From a virus, in IMG/VR virus record IMGVR_UViG_3300047494_000107, positions 1 through 64,000 of that record: a stretch of 64,000 nt of DNA; one strand, 5' to 3'. The notes under the pieces were generated by a model. It worked only from the letters and a program-made list of their open reading frames with translations. It was not told the origin of the DNA and searched no databases. Each line of letters begins with the position of its first letter. Position 1 is the stretch's first letter. Positions 36,716-46,281 of the stretch are shown here, one piece after another. Both the position numbers and the translations under genes were made by a program.

Positions 36716-38692
36716 ATGCGTACGTTTCTGACTGGTTTGGCAGTTTCGTTCGGGGCGCTCCTTGCCGCTGCGACGGCTTTCGCGCAGACGCCGCCTGACT
36801 CGTCGTTGCCCGTCGGGTCGCTTCTGCAGCCTCAGCCGTACACCAATTCTGACACCCGTCTTCAGGCTACTCAGGGGTACGTGCTTGCGCATGCTGGCAC
36901 TGTCCAGGTGCCGACCGCCAGTGTATTGGCCGGCTCGGGAAACGCGCTGGTTGCGGCGACCGGCACTGGTATCGCAAACGTCCTCGGTTTCACACCGCTT
37001 AGCCCCGCAAACAACCTGTCTGAGCTGACGTCGACGGCCTCGACTGCTCGGTCGAACCTCGGCGTTCCACCTGTTCCGAGCGCTGCGGCGGCAGTGCTGG
37101 GTTGGAGCACGTCGACCGGGTGGACGTCGTCGTCTATCTCGGGGTCCGGCTCGACTCTTATGAGTTCGGCTCTGACGGCTTTTACGGCGGGCGATGTTCT
37201 CACACCGTCAAGCACAGGCGACCTTGTTGACGTCGGGCTGCTGAACCTCAACAGCGCCGGAACGCTAGCGCTCATCAAGGGCGCGCTTCATGTCCAGTCG
37301 TCTGGCGCGACATGCCCTGTCAACATTGGGTCTTCGAGCGGTGGCGTTCCCTTCATCAACACGGCTGGGGGCGCCTGCGATCTAGCCGTCACAGCTGGTA
37401 CGTCGGGCGGCACCAACAACCTCAAATTTTATCCGGACGGCCTTCAGGTTCTTGAACTGAGCGTGTCGTCCGGCACGCCGACAGGTGGCGTGCAAATCAC
37501 CGGAGGTGTCGGTCAGGCGAAAATTGGCGTCATCGACTCTGGGGCCAACTCCAATCTGGTTTTGGCGGCCAAAGGTACTGGCACTGTCCAGGCTCCGACG
37601 AACTCGTCCGCAGCAGACAGTACAAATCAGGTGGCCACTGACGGCTTCGTTCAGTCGGTGGCTGACGCGTTGGCGCCGAGCAGCACTACAGTCAACCCCA
37701 CGACACCCCCGTCTCTCGTCGGCCTGACAAGCACGGCCGGCAGCACCACGCCGATCACACTGGGCACGGGACTGACGCTAACGGGCGGTGTTTTGAGTTC
37801 CACTGGCAGCGGGTCGGGGTCTGGATCAGTCGCTAGTGGCGCGCTAGGCACTATTGCCTACTACGCTGCAGCCGGTACGTCGGTCGTTGGCGGTACGCCG
37901 TCTACGATCGGTATTGCTTCACTGTCGGCCACACAGACCTTCACCGGAAATAACACGTTCACTGGCACGGTGACGCTTCCTGGTGGCTACTTGCCTTCGA
38001 ACTTCAACGGCTGGACGACCGGCAGCCCTGTTGCGGTAACCAATTTAACGACGAATGACGGTTCGACTGATATCGCCACTGATGCGTTCGTCCAGGCAAA
38101 TGAGGCGCTTATTTCGCCGCAGGTGGCCGATAACACGCACTATCTGCTTGCACCTACGAGCACACTCGGTGCCACGCAGGTAATCACACTCGGCAGTAAC
38201 CTGTCCATTGCGAGCGGCGTTCTGAGCGCTACAGGCGGTGGCGGCTCTGGTTCGGGAACTGTCGGAAACGGAAGCCAGTATCAGGTCGCGTATTACAACG
38301 GCACAGGGACGACACAATCGGTCATTGGCGGCTCTCTTTCCACCATAGGTGCGGCGCCGATCGCCAGCCCTTACTTCACAGGTGTAATGGCGTTCAACAA
38401 CGCTGGTTCTGCGCCGATCATCAAGACAGCGAGCGAGACTTTAGCTGCCACGTATCAGTCTGTGCGCGAGTACAAACCGACCGCTAGCGGGTTGACAGTT
38501 ACGCTGTTTACGCCGTCAGGGGGAGCCCCCTACCCGAACTTCATTCTGCATAATTCCGCAAATTTCAGCCCTTCAACGGGCGGTTTCAATGTCACAGTTT
38601 TGGCACCGGATGGTTCTACCGTCATTGCCACCGAAGCGCCTGGTGGTACATGCGGCGCCAAATACGACGGCACGACATGGGAGTGCTGGTAA
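36716..38692 (+). CDS. fibre-like protein, paralogue of 33417..36233
   Basis: Near-identical QTPPDSSLP...ATQGYVLAHA to QVATD.FVQ N-terminal ~320 aa; ends YDGTTW. Confidence 0.7.
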   Translation: MRTFLTGLAVSFGALLAAATAFAQTPPDSSLPVGSLLQPQPYTNSDTRLQATQGYVLAHAGTVQVPTASVLAGSGNALVAATGTGIANVLGFTPLSPANNLSELTSTASTARSNLGVPPVPSAAAAVLGWSTSTGWTSSSISGSGSTLMSSALTAFTAGDVLTPSSTGDLVDVGLLNLNSAGTLALIKGALHVQSSGATCPVNIGSSSGGVPFINTAGGACDLAVTAGTSGGTNNLKFYPDGLQVLELSVSSGTPTGGVQITGGVGQAKIGVIDSGANSNLVLAAKGTGTVQAPTNSSAADSTNQVATDGFVQSVADALAPSSTTVNPTTPPSLVGLTSTAGSTTPITLGTGLTLTGGVLSSTGSGSGSGSVASGALGTIAYYAAAGTSVVGGTPSTIGIASLSATQTFTGNNTFTGTVTLPGGYLPSNFNGWTTGSPVAVTNLTTNDGSTDIATDAFVQANEALISPQVADNTHYLLAPTSTLGATQVITLGSNLSIASGVLSATGGGGSGSGTVGNGSQYQVAYYNGTGTTQSVIGGSLSTIGAAPIASPYFTGVMAFNNAGSAPIIKTASETLAATYQSVREYKPTASGLTVTLFTPSGGAPYPNFILHNSANFSPSTGGFNVTVLAPDGSTVIATEAPGGTCGAKYDGTTWECW

Positions 38693-38693
38693 G

Positions 38694-40094
38694 GTGCTTA
38701 TCCAGCGTCGCAGGAGCATTCTGCGGACTATCCCCGCTGTTGCGATGGCGGATTACTTCCGCCGCATAGAATGGGCACGGGCGAACGGCGCAAGCACGCT
38801 CGGGGATTCTGGTTTCGCGTGCGACTGGCGTGACATCACTCGTCAAGCCTACGCGCTGAACAGCCCGTGGAACACGCCGATCGGGAAGGGCGCGCAGTAC
38901 GGTCTGTCGACTGACGCTGACGTCCTGGCGCTTCAGGCACTCGGCAGCGCAAGCTACACGAATGGGTCGTCGACGAAATCTCACGTCCATTCCGGCGACA
39001 ACAACGCCCAGCTATGGGTCGTGTCGACGGCGTCCGATCCGCTCATTCCCGTGACGGACATATCCAACTCGTCGAGCCCTGACTGGGCGGGTTCATCGAC
39101 CCCTGTGCATATCCCGCTGGGGACTCGCCCCTATGGGGGCACAGAACATCTTAGTGTCATTGACACCGCGCAGAGTATCGTCTGGCATGGCTATTTGTGT
39201 CAGGTATCCGACGCAAGTGGCAGCAACTATCAGTACTACAATCCGGTTGTCTCGAACAGTAAGATACAGTTCAAAGGCGGCCGGTTTAACGATCTTTACG
39301 GCAACGCTGTTAGCCCGTGTACAGCGCCCGGCATCCCGTCAACCGAGTTGAACCGGCTGGGCTGGGGTGACTGCGCGCTGCGGGTCGAAGATGTCCTAGA
39401 CTTCTACGGCCCGAATAACCAGCGGATGGATTCAATCCGCCACGTTCTTCGCTTTGCGTTGAGCGTAGCCGAGATGAACGGCTACCTGGATACCGCGCCT
39501 AACACCCCAGGTTTTCATTGGCCAAACGTTGCGGTCGACTACTGCTACAACAAAGCGGGGAGCGGCACGGCGGGCGTAACGGCGGCATACGTTGGCAGTC
39601 AATACACCTCGGCGTGCGGCGCAACGGGCAACAGTCTGTATTCGGCCGGCGGTCAATTGGGAATCTCGACGGGGGGTATCGACCCCTGCTTGCTGTTTGC
39701 CATACCTACCATTGAGCAGAATGGCCCGGACATCCGGACAATCCGCACTCCGGACAATAACCTGCTTACCCCGGAAGCCATGGCGGTCGCTTGGACATTG
39801 CAGAATTTCGGCATGATGTGGCGCGACAGCACAGGCGGCGATCAGATCGCGCTGAAGTGCGATCCACGGCTCACCTCTGCCGCAGCGACTGGCGGGTGGC
39901 CGTATCGCCCAGCGTACAGCGCCGCGACTCAGCAGTTCTACAATGCGATCGTCTACGCATTCCCGACGCTGATGACATACATGTCGATCGTCCGAAACTA
40001 CTCCAACGGCTCGGATGGTTTGTTCCCCTATGCGGGTGGCGGCGGCCTCTACACTCGTCCTGCCGCACCGTACGGACCGGGAGATTGCCTGTGA
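38694..40094 (+). CDS. putative carbohydrate-active / receptor-binding protein
   Basis: SPWNTPI...IRHVLRF...TLQNFGM pattern; probable GTG start at 38694. Confidence 0.5.
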   Translation: MLIQRRRSILRTIPAVAMADYFRRIEWARANGASTLGDSGFACDWRDITRQAYALNSPWNTPIGKGAQYGLSTDADVLALQALGSASYTNGSSTKSHVHSGDNNAQLWVVSTASDPLIPVTDISNSSSPDWAGSSTPVHIPLGTRPYGGTEHLSVIDTAQSIVWHGYLCQVSDASGSNYQYYNPVVSNSKIQFKGGRFNDLYGNAVSPCTAPGIPSTELNRLGWGDCALRVEDVLDFYGPNNQRMDSIRHVLRFALSVAEMNGYLDTAPNTPGFHWPNVAVDYCYNKAGSGTAGVTAAYVGSQYTSACGATGNSLYSAGGQLGISTGGIDPCLLFAIPTIEQNGPDIRTIRTPDNNLLTPEAMAVAWTLQNFGMMWRDSTGGDQIALKCDPRLTSAAATGGWPYRPAYSAATQQFYNAIVYAFPTLMTYMSIVRNYSNGSDGLFPYAGGGGLYTRPAAPYGPGDCL

Positions 40095-40261
40095 AACTCC
40101 GTTATTGGATTCTTGTGTGCGGACCTCTGATCTACGGCGATATGCCGTCGCCTGACCAGTTCGCGCAGAACGATGTGGTCCAGACAGATGCCTCGCAGCC
40201 AGTGACACAGCCAGCCGCGCAGCCGACCACCCAGTCCGCGCCAGAGGCGCCTGCCCGGTGA
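40091..40261 (+). CDS. small hypothetical protein (56 aa)
   Basis: GTGA overlaps on both sides. Confidence 0.4.
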   Translation: MKLRYWILVCGPLIYGDMPSPDQFAQNDVVQTDASQPVTQPAAQPTTQSAPEAPAR

Positions 40262-42009
40262 ACAAGCGCTGCAGTTTGATGGCGCTCGTGGCCGCGTTCG
40301 CGGTCCCTGCGGTTGCCGATGCGACCACTTGGTATGTTGATCCGCTTCATGGCAGTAACAGCCACGCAGGAACGTCGCCGTCTACGGCGTTTCAAACGGC
40401 GAGCCACGCGTATAGCCATACAGGCGGCGGGGTTTCACCGGGCGACACCGTTGTTCTGATGGCCGTCACCAGCAGCGGAGCGGTTGTCCCGCTGGCTAAT
40501 ATCGGCATCTACGGGCCACGAGAGCAGAATGGCACGGCGGCACATTTCGGAACGTCAAGTAATCACGTTCACTGGGTTGGTGGCGACGCGAACGGAAACC
40601 CGCTTACCCCGAATACAGACATATCCACTTCTCTGTGCAGCAATTCTAGCGGCGGCAGCAGCTTGCTGCCTATTTTCAGCATGCCATCCGGTGCGGGCAC
40701 CAATGTCGTTGTTCAGATCAAAGGGGGTAATACGGGGTCTACTCCAGGGTCTGGAATAAACGGTATTTTCATGGATTTTACCTGCATAAGTTTTCAGGGT
40801 ACGACAACACCAGGTTCACGGTACTTGCCATCGCAGCGTGGCAGTAAGGGCCCGATATCCGGCGTGTATATCAACACAAGTTCCGATATATGGTTTCAGA
40901 ACGTCGAAGTTGCCTACACAGGCGGGGACGGCTTGGGTACGGAAGCCACTGAAAATATATTTGTGGACCACTCGTGGTTTCACGATAATGCCTATGATAT
41001 CCCCTTCTACGATGGCGTTGAAGCGTACGGCTCCGCGCTCTCGTATTTGCGAGGATATGATTGGTACAACTACACAAGCGGGGCGTCGGTATACAGCACG
41101 CAAGTTGCGTTTGGCATAACCAACAGCCGTTTTTGGAATAACTATAATGACACGAGCACTTGTACGTCAGGAGAGCCCTGCAGCCCGACAGACGGTGAGG
41201 CCATTGAGCTTGACCGCAACGACGGGTCTTGTGAAGGCGATTTGGGGCCTTGCACGTCTGACGACCCCGGTACAGGCGCGGACAACCATCTGCCGCCGTT
41301 CACGGCGAAAATTCTCGTCGCCAACAACCAGATATGGCAGTCGGGTGGTCCAGGCATCAACTCGTACTTGACCGCCGGCCTCGTCGACATACTCGGCAAT
41401 TCGCTCTATTTGAACAACTTCAAGTCGACGAACTCCGGGTCAAACCAAGGCGAGATCAGTCTTAGCGGCGCCGCTGCGCCCCCTACGACGACAGGCGGCG
41501 TCGCATCGCCGCTAGCGTCTCAAAACTATGGCGCTCGGGTTATCGGCAATATCGGGTATTTCAACAGCAGTTTTGTGCGCTCAAATAATTCTAGCGCCCA
41601 TGCACGGTGTATTCAGGTTGAGAATAACGGTCAAACGTCGTTAAATGGAACCTACACTCCAGTCGGTTCGCCAAGTATATTGAAGAACAACCTATGTTAC
41701 GACGTGGCGGGTAGCACGTCTTACACCACGTACTTTACAAGCAACAAGACGACTCCCGCGCTGAGCACCGTAAACGGTAATGGCACGACGAGTGCGATAC
41801 TTCTCGGCAATCCGCTGTATACCTCGCCGTCGACGTCAAGCAGCGCGAACTTTCAATTGTCGCCTACCTCACCGGCTTTCGGGTTCATCGCCGCTAGTAC
41901 AAGCGAATATCTATCTCCCGACACGCTTGGTGTTGCGCGTGTGCAATCAGACCTGACGGCAGGCGCTTTTCAGGGTTCTTCGTCCACTACGTCGCTTTGC
42001 CATCGGTAA
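40258..42009 (+). CDS. right-handed beta-helix protein (pectin-lyase-like depolymerase, DUF1565-like start)
   Basis: Signal peptide; TWYVDP..GSNS.AGTSP..AFQT; PGDTV; Asn-rich beta-helix repeats; NFQLSPTSPA ending. Confidence 0.75.
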   Translation: MNKRCSLMALVAAFAVPAVADATTWYVDPLHGSNSHAGTSPSTAFQTASHAYSHTGGGVSPGDTVVLMAVTSSGAVVPLANIGIYGPREQNGTAAHFGTSSNHVHWVGGDANGNPLTPNTDISTSLCSNSSGGSSLLPIFSMPSGAGTNVVVQIKGGNTGSTPGSGINGIFMDFTCISFQGTTTPGSRYLPSQRGSKGPISGVYINTSSDIWFQNVEVAYTGGDGLGTEATENIFVDHSWFHDNAYDIPFYDGVEAYGSALSYLRGYDWYNYTSGASVYSTQVAFGITNSRFWNNYNDTSTCTSGEPCSPTDGEAIELDRNDGSCEGDLGPCTSDDPGTGADNHLPPFTAKILVANNQIWQSGGPGINSYLTAGLVDILGNSLYLNNFKSTNSGSNQGEISLSGAAAPPTTTGGVASPLASQNYGARVIGNIGYFNSSFVRSNNSSAHARCIQVENNGQTSLNGTYTPVGSPSILKNNLCYDVAGSTSYTTYFTSNKTTPALSTVNGNGTTSAILLGNPLYTSPSTSSSANFQLSPTSPAFGFIAASTSEYLSPDTLGVARVQSDLTAGAFQGSSSTTSLCHR

Positions 42010-42079
42010 TGCTTCGCTACCCTATGGGGTGAGACAGGCCGCGCGATATTGTGCGTGCAGTCTGGAGGTTTGGCTGAGA

Positions 42080-42337
42080 ATGAGCGAGACAACTGAAGGC
42101 CAAACGGAAATCGTCGAGGCTAGCACCGTCGCGATTAATACGCCTGTCCATATCTCGGCGTTCATCAAGTCTCTCAACGGCACGGCGAACGCCATCTACG
42201 GCAAGCTGCTCTCAGCCCGTTTCGGCAAGCGCGCATTTCCGCGCGCCCAGTGGGACCAGAATCTGGCTGACATCGCCGCTGAGTCGCTCCCGGTGACGAA
42301 CCACGGCCATTCGGTCGGCCGGTCTCGCGGTCGCTAA
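42080..42337 (+). CDS. small protein preceding the tail sheath
   Basis: ATG 42080 after GGAGG; synteny. Confidence 0.55.
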   Translation: MSETTEGQTEIVEASTVAINTPVHISAFIKSLNGTANAIYGKLLSARFGKRAFPRAQWDQNLADIAAESLPVTNHGHSVGRSRGR

Positions 42338-42350
42338 AGGGACCTGAATC

Positions 42351-44186
42351 ATGCCAAACATGGACGTCCCGTTCCAGGGTTCCACGCTCATCATTCCGGG
42401 TGCCTATTACGCTGACAACGTCAGTGCCGCGCTGCCCGCCAACGCGCCCGTCACGCCGCCTCTGCTGTTCGTCGGCTTCGGCTACGGCCCAAAGCCGTTG
42501 ACGATCAACCAGTTCAGCAGCACACAGGACCTGCAGACGGCGCTTCGTGGCGGACCTGCCTCGGCTTTCATCCCCTTCATCGCCACGCCTTCGCCGCAGC
42601 TCAATGGCGCGCAGATCGTCACGTTCATTGATGTCAGTTCGAACACCCAGAGCACCATCAACCTGACCGGCGGCACGGGTGCGACCAACGTCCTGGCGTT
42701 GACGTCGGACCTTTATGGGTTGCCGTCGAACCTGTTGCAGACCAGCGTATCCACCTCGTCGTACGGCGCGGTCTACACCGGCAACACGAATGCCGCGGCA
42801 TCGCGCCTTCTGACGATCTACGACGGCTATACCGGCACAACGGTTCAGCAAGACAACCTCGGCATTCCGTTCCAAGTCGCTTACACGGGCGCTGCGTCAG
42901 CCGCGAGTTACACCGTCACGGCTACGGGCGGTGTTGCCACGAAGATCGTGCTGACGAGCAGCAATCCGGGCGAGAGCGTCACGGTTCCGATCAGTTCGGG
43001 TGCTTACCAGACCATTTCTCAAGTCGTCAGTTACATCGAAGGCACAGGTTTCTGGACAGCGAACACGCTGACCAACGGCGATTTGCCCGCGACGAACCTC
43101 GACGCTGGCAGTGGTGTTCTTCCGGTCCCGTCGGGCAGTACGCTCACGTATGGCTATCCGTCGGCCACACTCGGCGATGTCGTTTGGTGGATCAACAACC
43201 ACGCCGGCAATCTCGCCACGGCGTCTGTTAGCGGGTCGCCCACGGCTGGTCCTGCGAGCGCTCTGACGGCGCTGCCGTTGACGCATTTCACGGGCGGCCA
43301 GAGCATTCCGCCGACGACTTCCAGCTACGCCAGCGGTCTGACTGTGGCGCTGTCCACGGCGGCTTGGACGGTTATCACGGACACCGCGGCTCCAGCCGCC
43401 CAGCAGCTCATGGCGCAGCACGCCTTGCTGGCGTCCGAGCCTGGCTATGGCAAGTGGCGGCGCGCGGTCACGGGTTCGAACCTGGGTGATAGCGTCTCGA
43501 CGACGCTGACGAACGCCGCGGCTTTGAACGTCGTTGAGGCGACCTACGTCTACCCGGGCATTCAGCGTGCTGATCCGGTGAGCGGCCAGATCATCAACCG
43601 ACCTGGTCTCTACGCCGCGGCGGCTGTGGCGGCGATGATGACGGGCAATGGCGCCAATGTGCCGCTGACGAACAAGGCGCTCGTCGCGTCCGGCATGGAG
43701 TTGAACAACAACCTGCCAGTTAGCTTGACGCTGTCGCAGATCGACCAGCTTCAACAGGGCGGCGTCATGCCGATCGCTGTGCTGGACAATACGCGTGTGC
43801 CGAAAGTCGTGTCGGATTTCACGACCTGGCTGATCGACGACAATCCCGAGAACGTCTTCAACCAGCAGATCGCCGAAAGATTCTACCTCGCCTACACGAT
43901 GGTGAACACGCTGCAGCCGTACGTGGGGACCACTGCTGACCCGTATGACGAGATGAAGATCTTGAATGCGGCGAAAGCGGCGTTGAACAACGTCACGTAC
44001 AGCCAGGGTAACCCGACTGGGGTGATCTCGTCATGGGACCCCAGCACATTGGCGCTGGTCTACTCGGGCAGCAATCAGGTCGCGGCGATCACGGTGAACG
44101 CGGTGTTGGTGGGCCAGAACAGGTTTATCACATGCGTCGTTAACGTACTGGCGCTGAATATCTCCATTACTGCGTCTTCGACCTAA
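42351..44186 (+). CDS. tail sheath protein
   Basis: IIPGAY N-terminus, PLTNK, IDQLQQGGV; 611 aa; precedes the tube gene. Confidence 0.88.
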   Translation: MPNMDVPFQGSTLIIPGAYYADNVSAALPANAPVTPPLLFVGFGYGPKPLTINQFSSTQDLQTALRGGPASAFIPFIATPSPQLNGAQIVTFIDVSSNTQSTINLTGGTGATNVLALTSDLYGLPSNLLQTSVSTSSYGAVYTGNTNAAASRLLTIYDGYTGTTVQQDNLGIPFQVAYTGAASAASYTVTATGGVATKIVLTSSNPGESVTVPISSGAYQTISQVVSYIEGTGFWTANTLTNGDLPATNLDAGSGVLPVPSGSTLTYGYPSATLGDVVWWINNHAGNLATASVSGSPTAGPASALTALPLTHFTGGQSIPPTTSSYASGLTVALSTAAWTVITDTAAPAAQQLMAQHALLASEPGYGKWRRAVTGSNLGDSVSTTLTNAAALNVVEATYVYPGIQRADPVSGQIINRPGLYAAAAVAAMMTGNGANVPLTNKALVASGMELNNNLPVSLTLSQIDQLQQGGVMPIAVLDNTRVPKVVSDFTTWLIDDNPENVFNQQIAERFYLAYTMVNTLQPYVGTTADPYDEMKILNAAKAALNNVTYSQGNPTGVISSWDPSTLALVYSGSNQVAAITVNAVLVGQNRFITCVVNVLALNISITASST

Positions 44187-44202
44187 GTAGAGGATCAGGA
44201 CA

Positions 44203-44727
44203 GTGCCCGGGTTTGGCGCCAAGCAACTTAACTACGCGGCCCTAAACGCTAACAGCGTTGCCGTTCTTATCGGTGACATTGTTGTTGCGTTCGCCCAGAC
44301 CGCGTCGTACTCGTTTGGGTTCGGCACCGAGGCGTACTACGGTATCGGATCTGCCATGCCGCAGGAGATTCAGCAGCTGCGCGTCGGGCCCGACATCAGC
44401 ATCGACTCGATCGTCTTGACGGCAGCCGGCACGACACTTCTGCAAGGCGGGACAGACATCAGCACCCTGCTTGCCAACAACGCTGTAGACCTCCACGTAA
44501 CCTCGGGAACCACTAACCCGCAGGTTCTGTTTACTTATGTCGGGTGTGTCGCGTCGAACTTCTCCGAGTCCGTGTCGGCCAACCGTCCCGTTACGAGGAC
44601 GATTTCGTTTATGGCGCTCGATGTTTTGTCAAAGGACGGGACCTCGATTCTTAACAGTGGAAGCGCCTTCACTGTGACGAGCGCGGTGGCTGGCGGGTCT
44701 GCAGCACTCGGGCTAGTGACAAGCTAA
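44203..44727 (+). CDS. tail tube protein
   Basis: FGTEAYYGIGSAMPQE...YVGC...F.AL; follows the sheath gene. Confidence 0.8.
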   Translation: MPGFGAKQLNYAALNANSVAVLIGDIVVAFAQTASYSFGFGTEAYYGIGSAMPQEIQQLRVGPDISIDSIVLTAAGTTLLQGGTDISTLLANNAVDLHVTSGTTNPQVLFTYVGCVASNFSESVSANRPVTRTISFMALDVLSKDGTSILNSGSAFTVTSAVAGGSAALGLVTS

Positions 44728-44826
44728 ATAGTCCTTGCGCTATGTACCGAGCATCAGGTAAACTGACGCTGCATAAAGCGGCCAAGCAGGCGGCGTCGTA
44801 GCGCCTCGCTATACTCTCTTTCGAAG

Positions 44827-44854
44827 TGACCCCGTCGTTGGTGCGGCGGGGTCA
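44827..44854. terminator. hairpin between convergent genes
   Basis: TGACCCCGTCG / CGGCGGGGTCA stem. Confidence 0.55.
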
Positions 44855-44861
44855 TAAACTA

Positions 44862-45113
44862 TCACGCAGCCGGCCGGATTGAGGCTGGTGGTAGCGCCTC
44901 CATGAACTCCTGCAGACTGTCAGACGGTATCAGCGTACGTGAGCCGAACTTCACGGCGCGGATCTGTCCAGCGGCGATGATCCGATTGACTTGAGACCGG
45001 CTGGAGTCGAGCGCATCCACCACGTCTCGAATACTCAACATTCGATGCGTAGGCGGCGTGCGCCTGTCAGGAGACAGGGCGGCTCGATTTGCGGTTCGGG
45101 TGTCTGATGTCAT
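44862..45113 (-). CDS. excisionase-like HTH_17 DNA-binding protein
   Basis: LSIRDVVDALDSSRSQVNRIIAAGQIRAVKFGSRTLI. Confidence 0.8.
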   Translation of the reverse strand: MTSDTRTANRAALSPDRRTPPTHRMLSIRDVVDALDSSRSQVNRIIAAGQIRAVKFGSRTLIPSDSLQEFMEALPPASIRPAA

Positions 45114-45114
45114 G

Positions 45115-45321
45115 TTAACGCGCCTTATATGCTGGCATCGAATCCAGCAGGCGGTTCAGTTCGGCAACTGGGATCAACGTCCGACGGCCGGACTTTATTG
45201 CCCGCAGCTGTCCGCTGGAGAGATACTCGTACAGCTTCGTCGTTTTGATCCCGGTGAATCTGACGGATTCACTAACAGTAAGATTTGCAGGCTTTATCTC
45301 GTCTGAAACAACGGCGGTCAT
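45115..45321 (-). CDS. excisionase-like HTH_17 DNA-binding protein
   Basis: LTVSESVRFTGIKTTKLYEYLSSGQLRAIKSGRRTLI. Confidence 0.85.
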   Translation of the reverse strand: MTAVVSDEIKPANLTVSESVRFTGIKTTKLYEYLSSGQLRAIKSGRRTLIPVAELNRLLDSMPAYKAR

Positions 45322-45494
45322 ATCTATACCTCATCTATGGCGTATACGATGGCATACGCGCTTGCTCGCACTGATGTGCAGTATCGTGCAGTCATGTGTC
45401 TCATGTCAAGACAAATCTCCCCGCATGAGACAACTCTTGACGGGTGAGATGTATCACCTGTAGCATACGGCCATTCAGCATACTGGGTGGTCGC

Positions 45495-45959
45495 GTGAGC
45501 GGTACGGTCTCGGAGTCCCAAGAGAAGCGCTGGGATTTTCTCAACAATCAAATCGTCATCCGGGCGAAGTCGGGCGAGACCTTTACGTTCAAGGTCCCCA
45601 GCATGATGCAATTCGCGGCGATCGGCTGCGCTGCTGCGGCGATGCGGCGCTCTCTGTCGCCCGACGGTATTGGCCTGATCTCCACGCTCGACCGCGGCAC
45701 TGCCGACGCTGTGTGGGGCTTCGCCATGTTCGAAGCCCTGCTCGTCAAGGCCAGCGTCGAATGGCCGTTCTCAAAGGACGCCGACGGCAAGCCAGTCGTC
45801 AAAGCCGCGAACTTCGGCGCCGAGCACACCGTGGAGTTCGAGGAGGTAGTCGCCCTTCTGGACGACGCGCTGTTTCAAGTTAGAAGCGGACGGGTTGCCA
45901 ACGGATCATCCAACACTCAACAAGCTGTGGATGGCGGCGGAAATACAGGGGCACCGTGA
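45495..45959 (+). CDS. tail assembly chaperone (G-like)
   Basis: Between tube and tape measure; probable GTG start at 45495. Confidence 0.65.
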   Translation: MSGTVSESQEKRWDFLNNQIVIRAKSGETFTFKVPSMMQFAAIGCAAAAMRRSLSPDGIGLISTLDRGTADAVWGFAMFEALLVKASVEWPFSKDADGKPVVKAANFGAEHTVEFEEVVALLDDALFQVRSGRVANGSSNTQQAVDGGGNTGAP

Positions 45960-46281
45960 CCCCTTTCATCCGAGGCTTCTCGGCCTGACACTACCTCAAC
46001 TTGACTTCGTCCTTGAAAAAGCGGCGCTGTCTGAGCCGGACAAATACCGGTTTAGCCGCGGCAAGCCTCCGGAGCCTGTATCAAACGCGACCGCCGCATG
46101 GTGGAGTGTCTTCGAGGGCGGGGCGTTGCAGCGTCTCATGTCTCGCACTCTGAACATGTCCGTGATACGAAAGCGAAAAGCGGAAGCAACTCCTCCGCCA
46201 GGACTTGGATTGCGCGGAAAGGGCTTGAAGGATGGTGTCGCGGATACTGCTGACGGGCCCGACACCGGGCGGGGCCAATAG
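45874..46281 (+). CDS. tail assembly chaperone frameshift extension (T-like)
   Basis: +1 frame open from 45850 and overlapping the G-like ORF; no good independent start; candidate slip site CTG-TTT-CAA at 45870-45878. Confidence 0.55.
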   Translation, partial: FKLEADGLPTDHPTLNKLWMAAEIQGHRDPFHPRLLGLTLPQLDFVLEKAALSEPDKYRFSRGKPPEPVSNATAAWWSVFEGGALQRLMSRTLNMSVIRKRKAEATPPPGLGLRGKGLKDGVADTADGPDTGRGQ

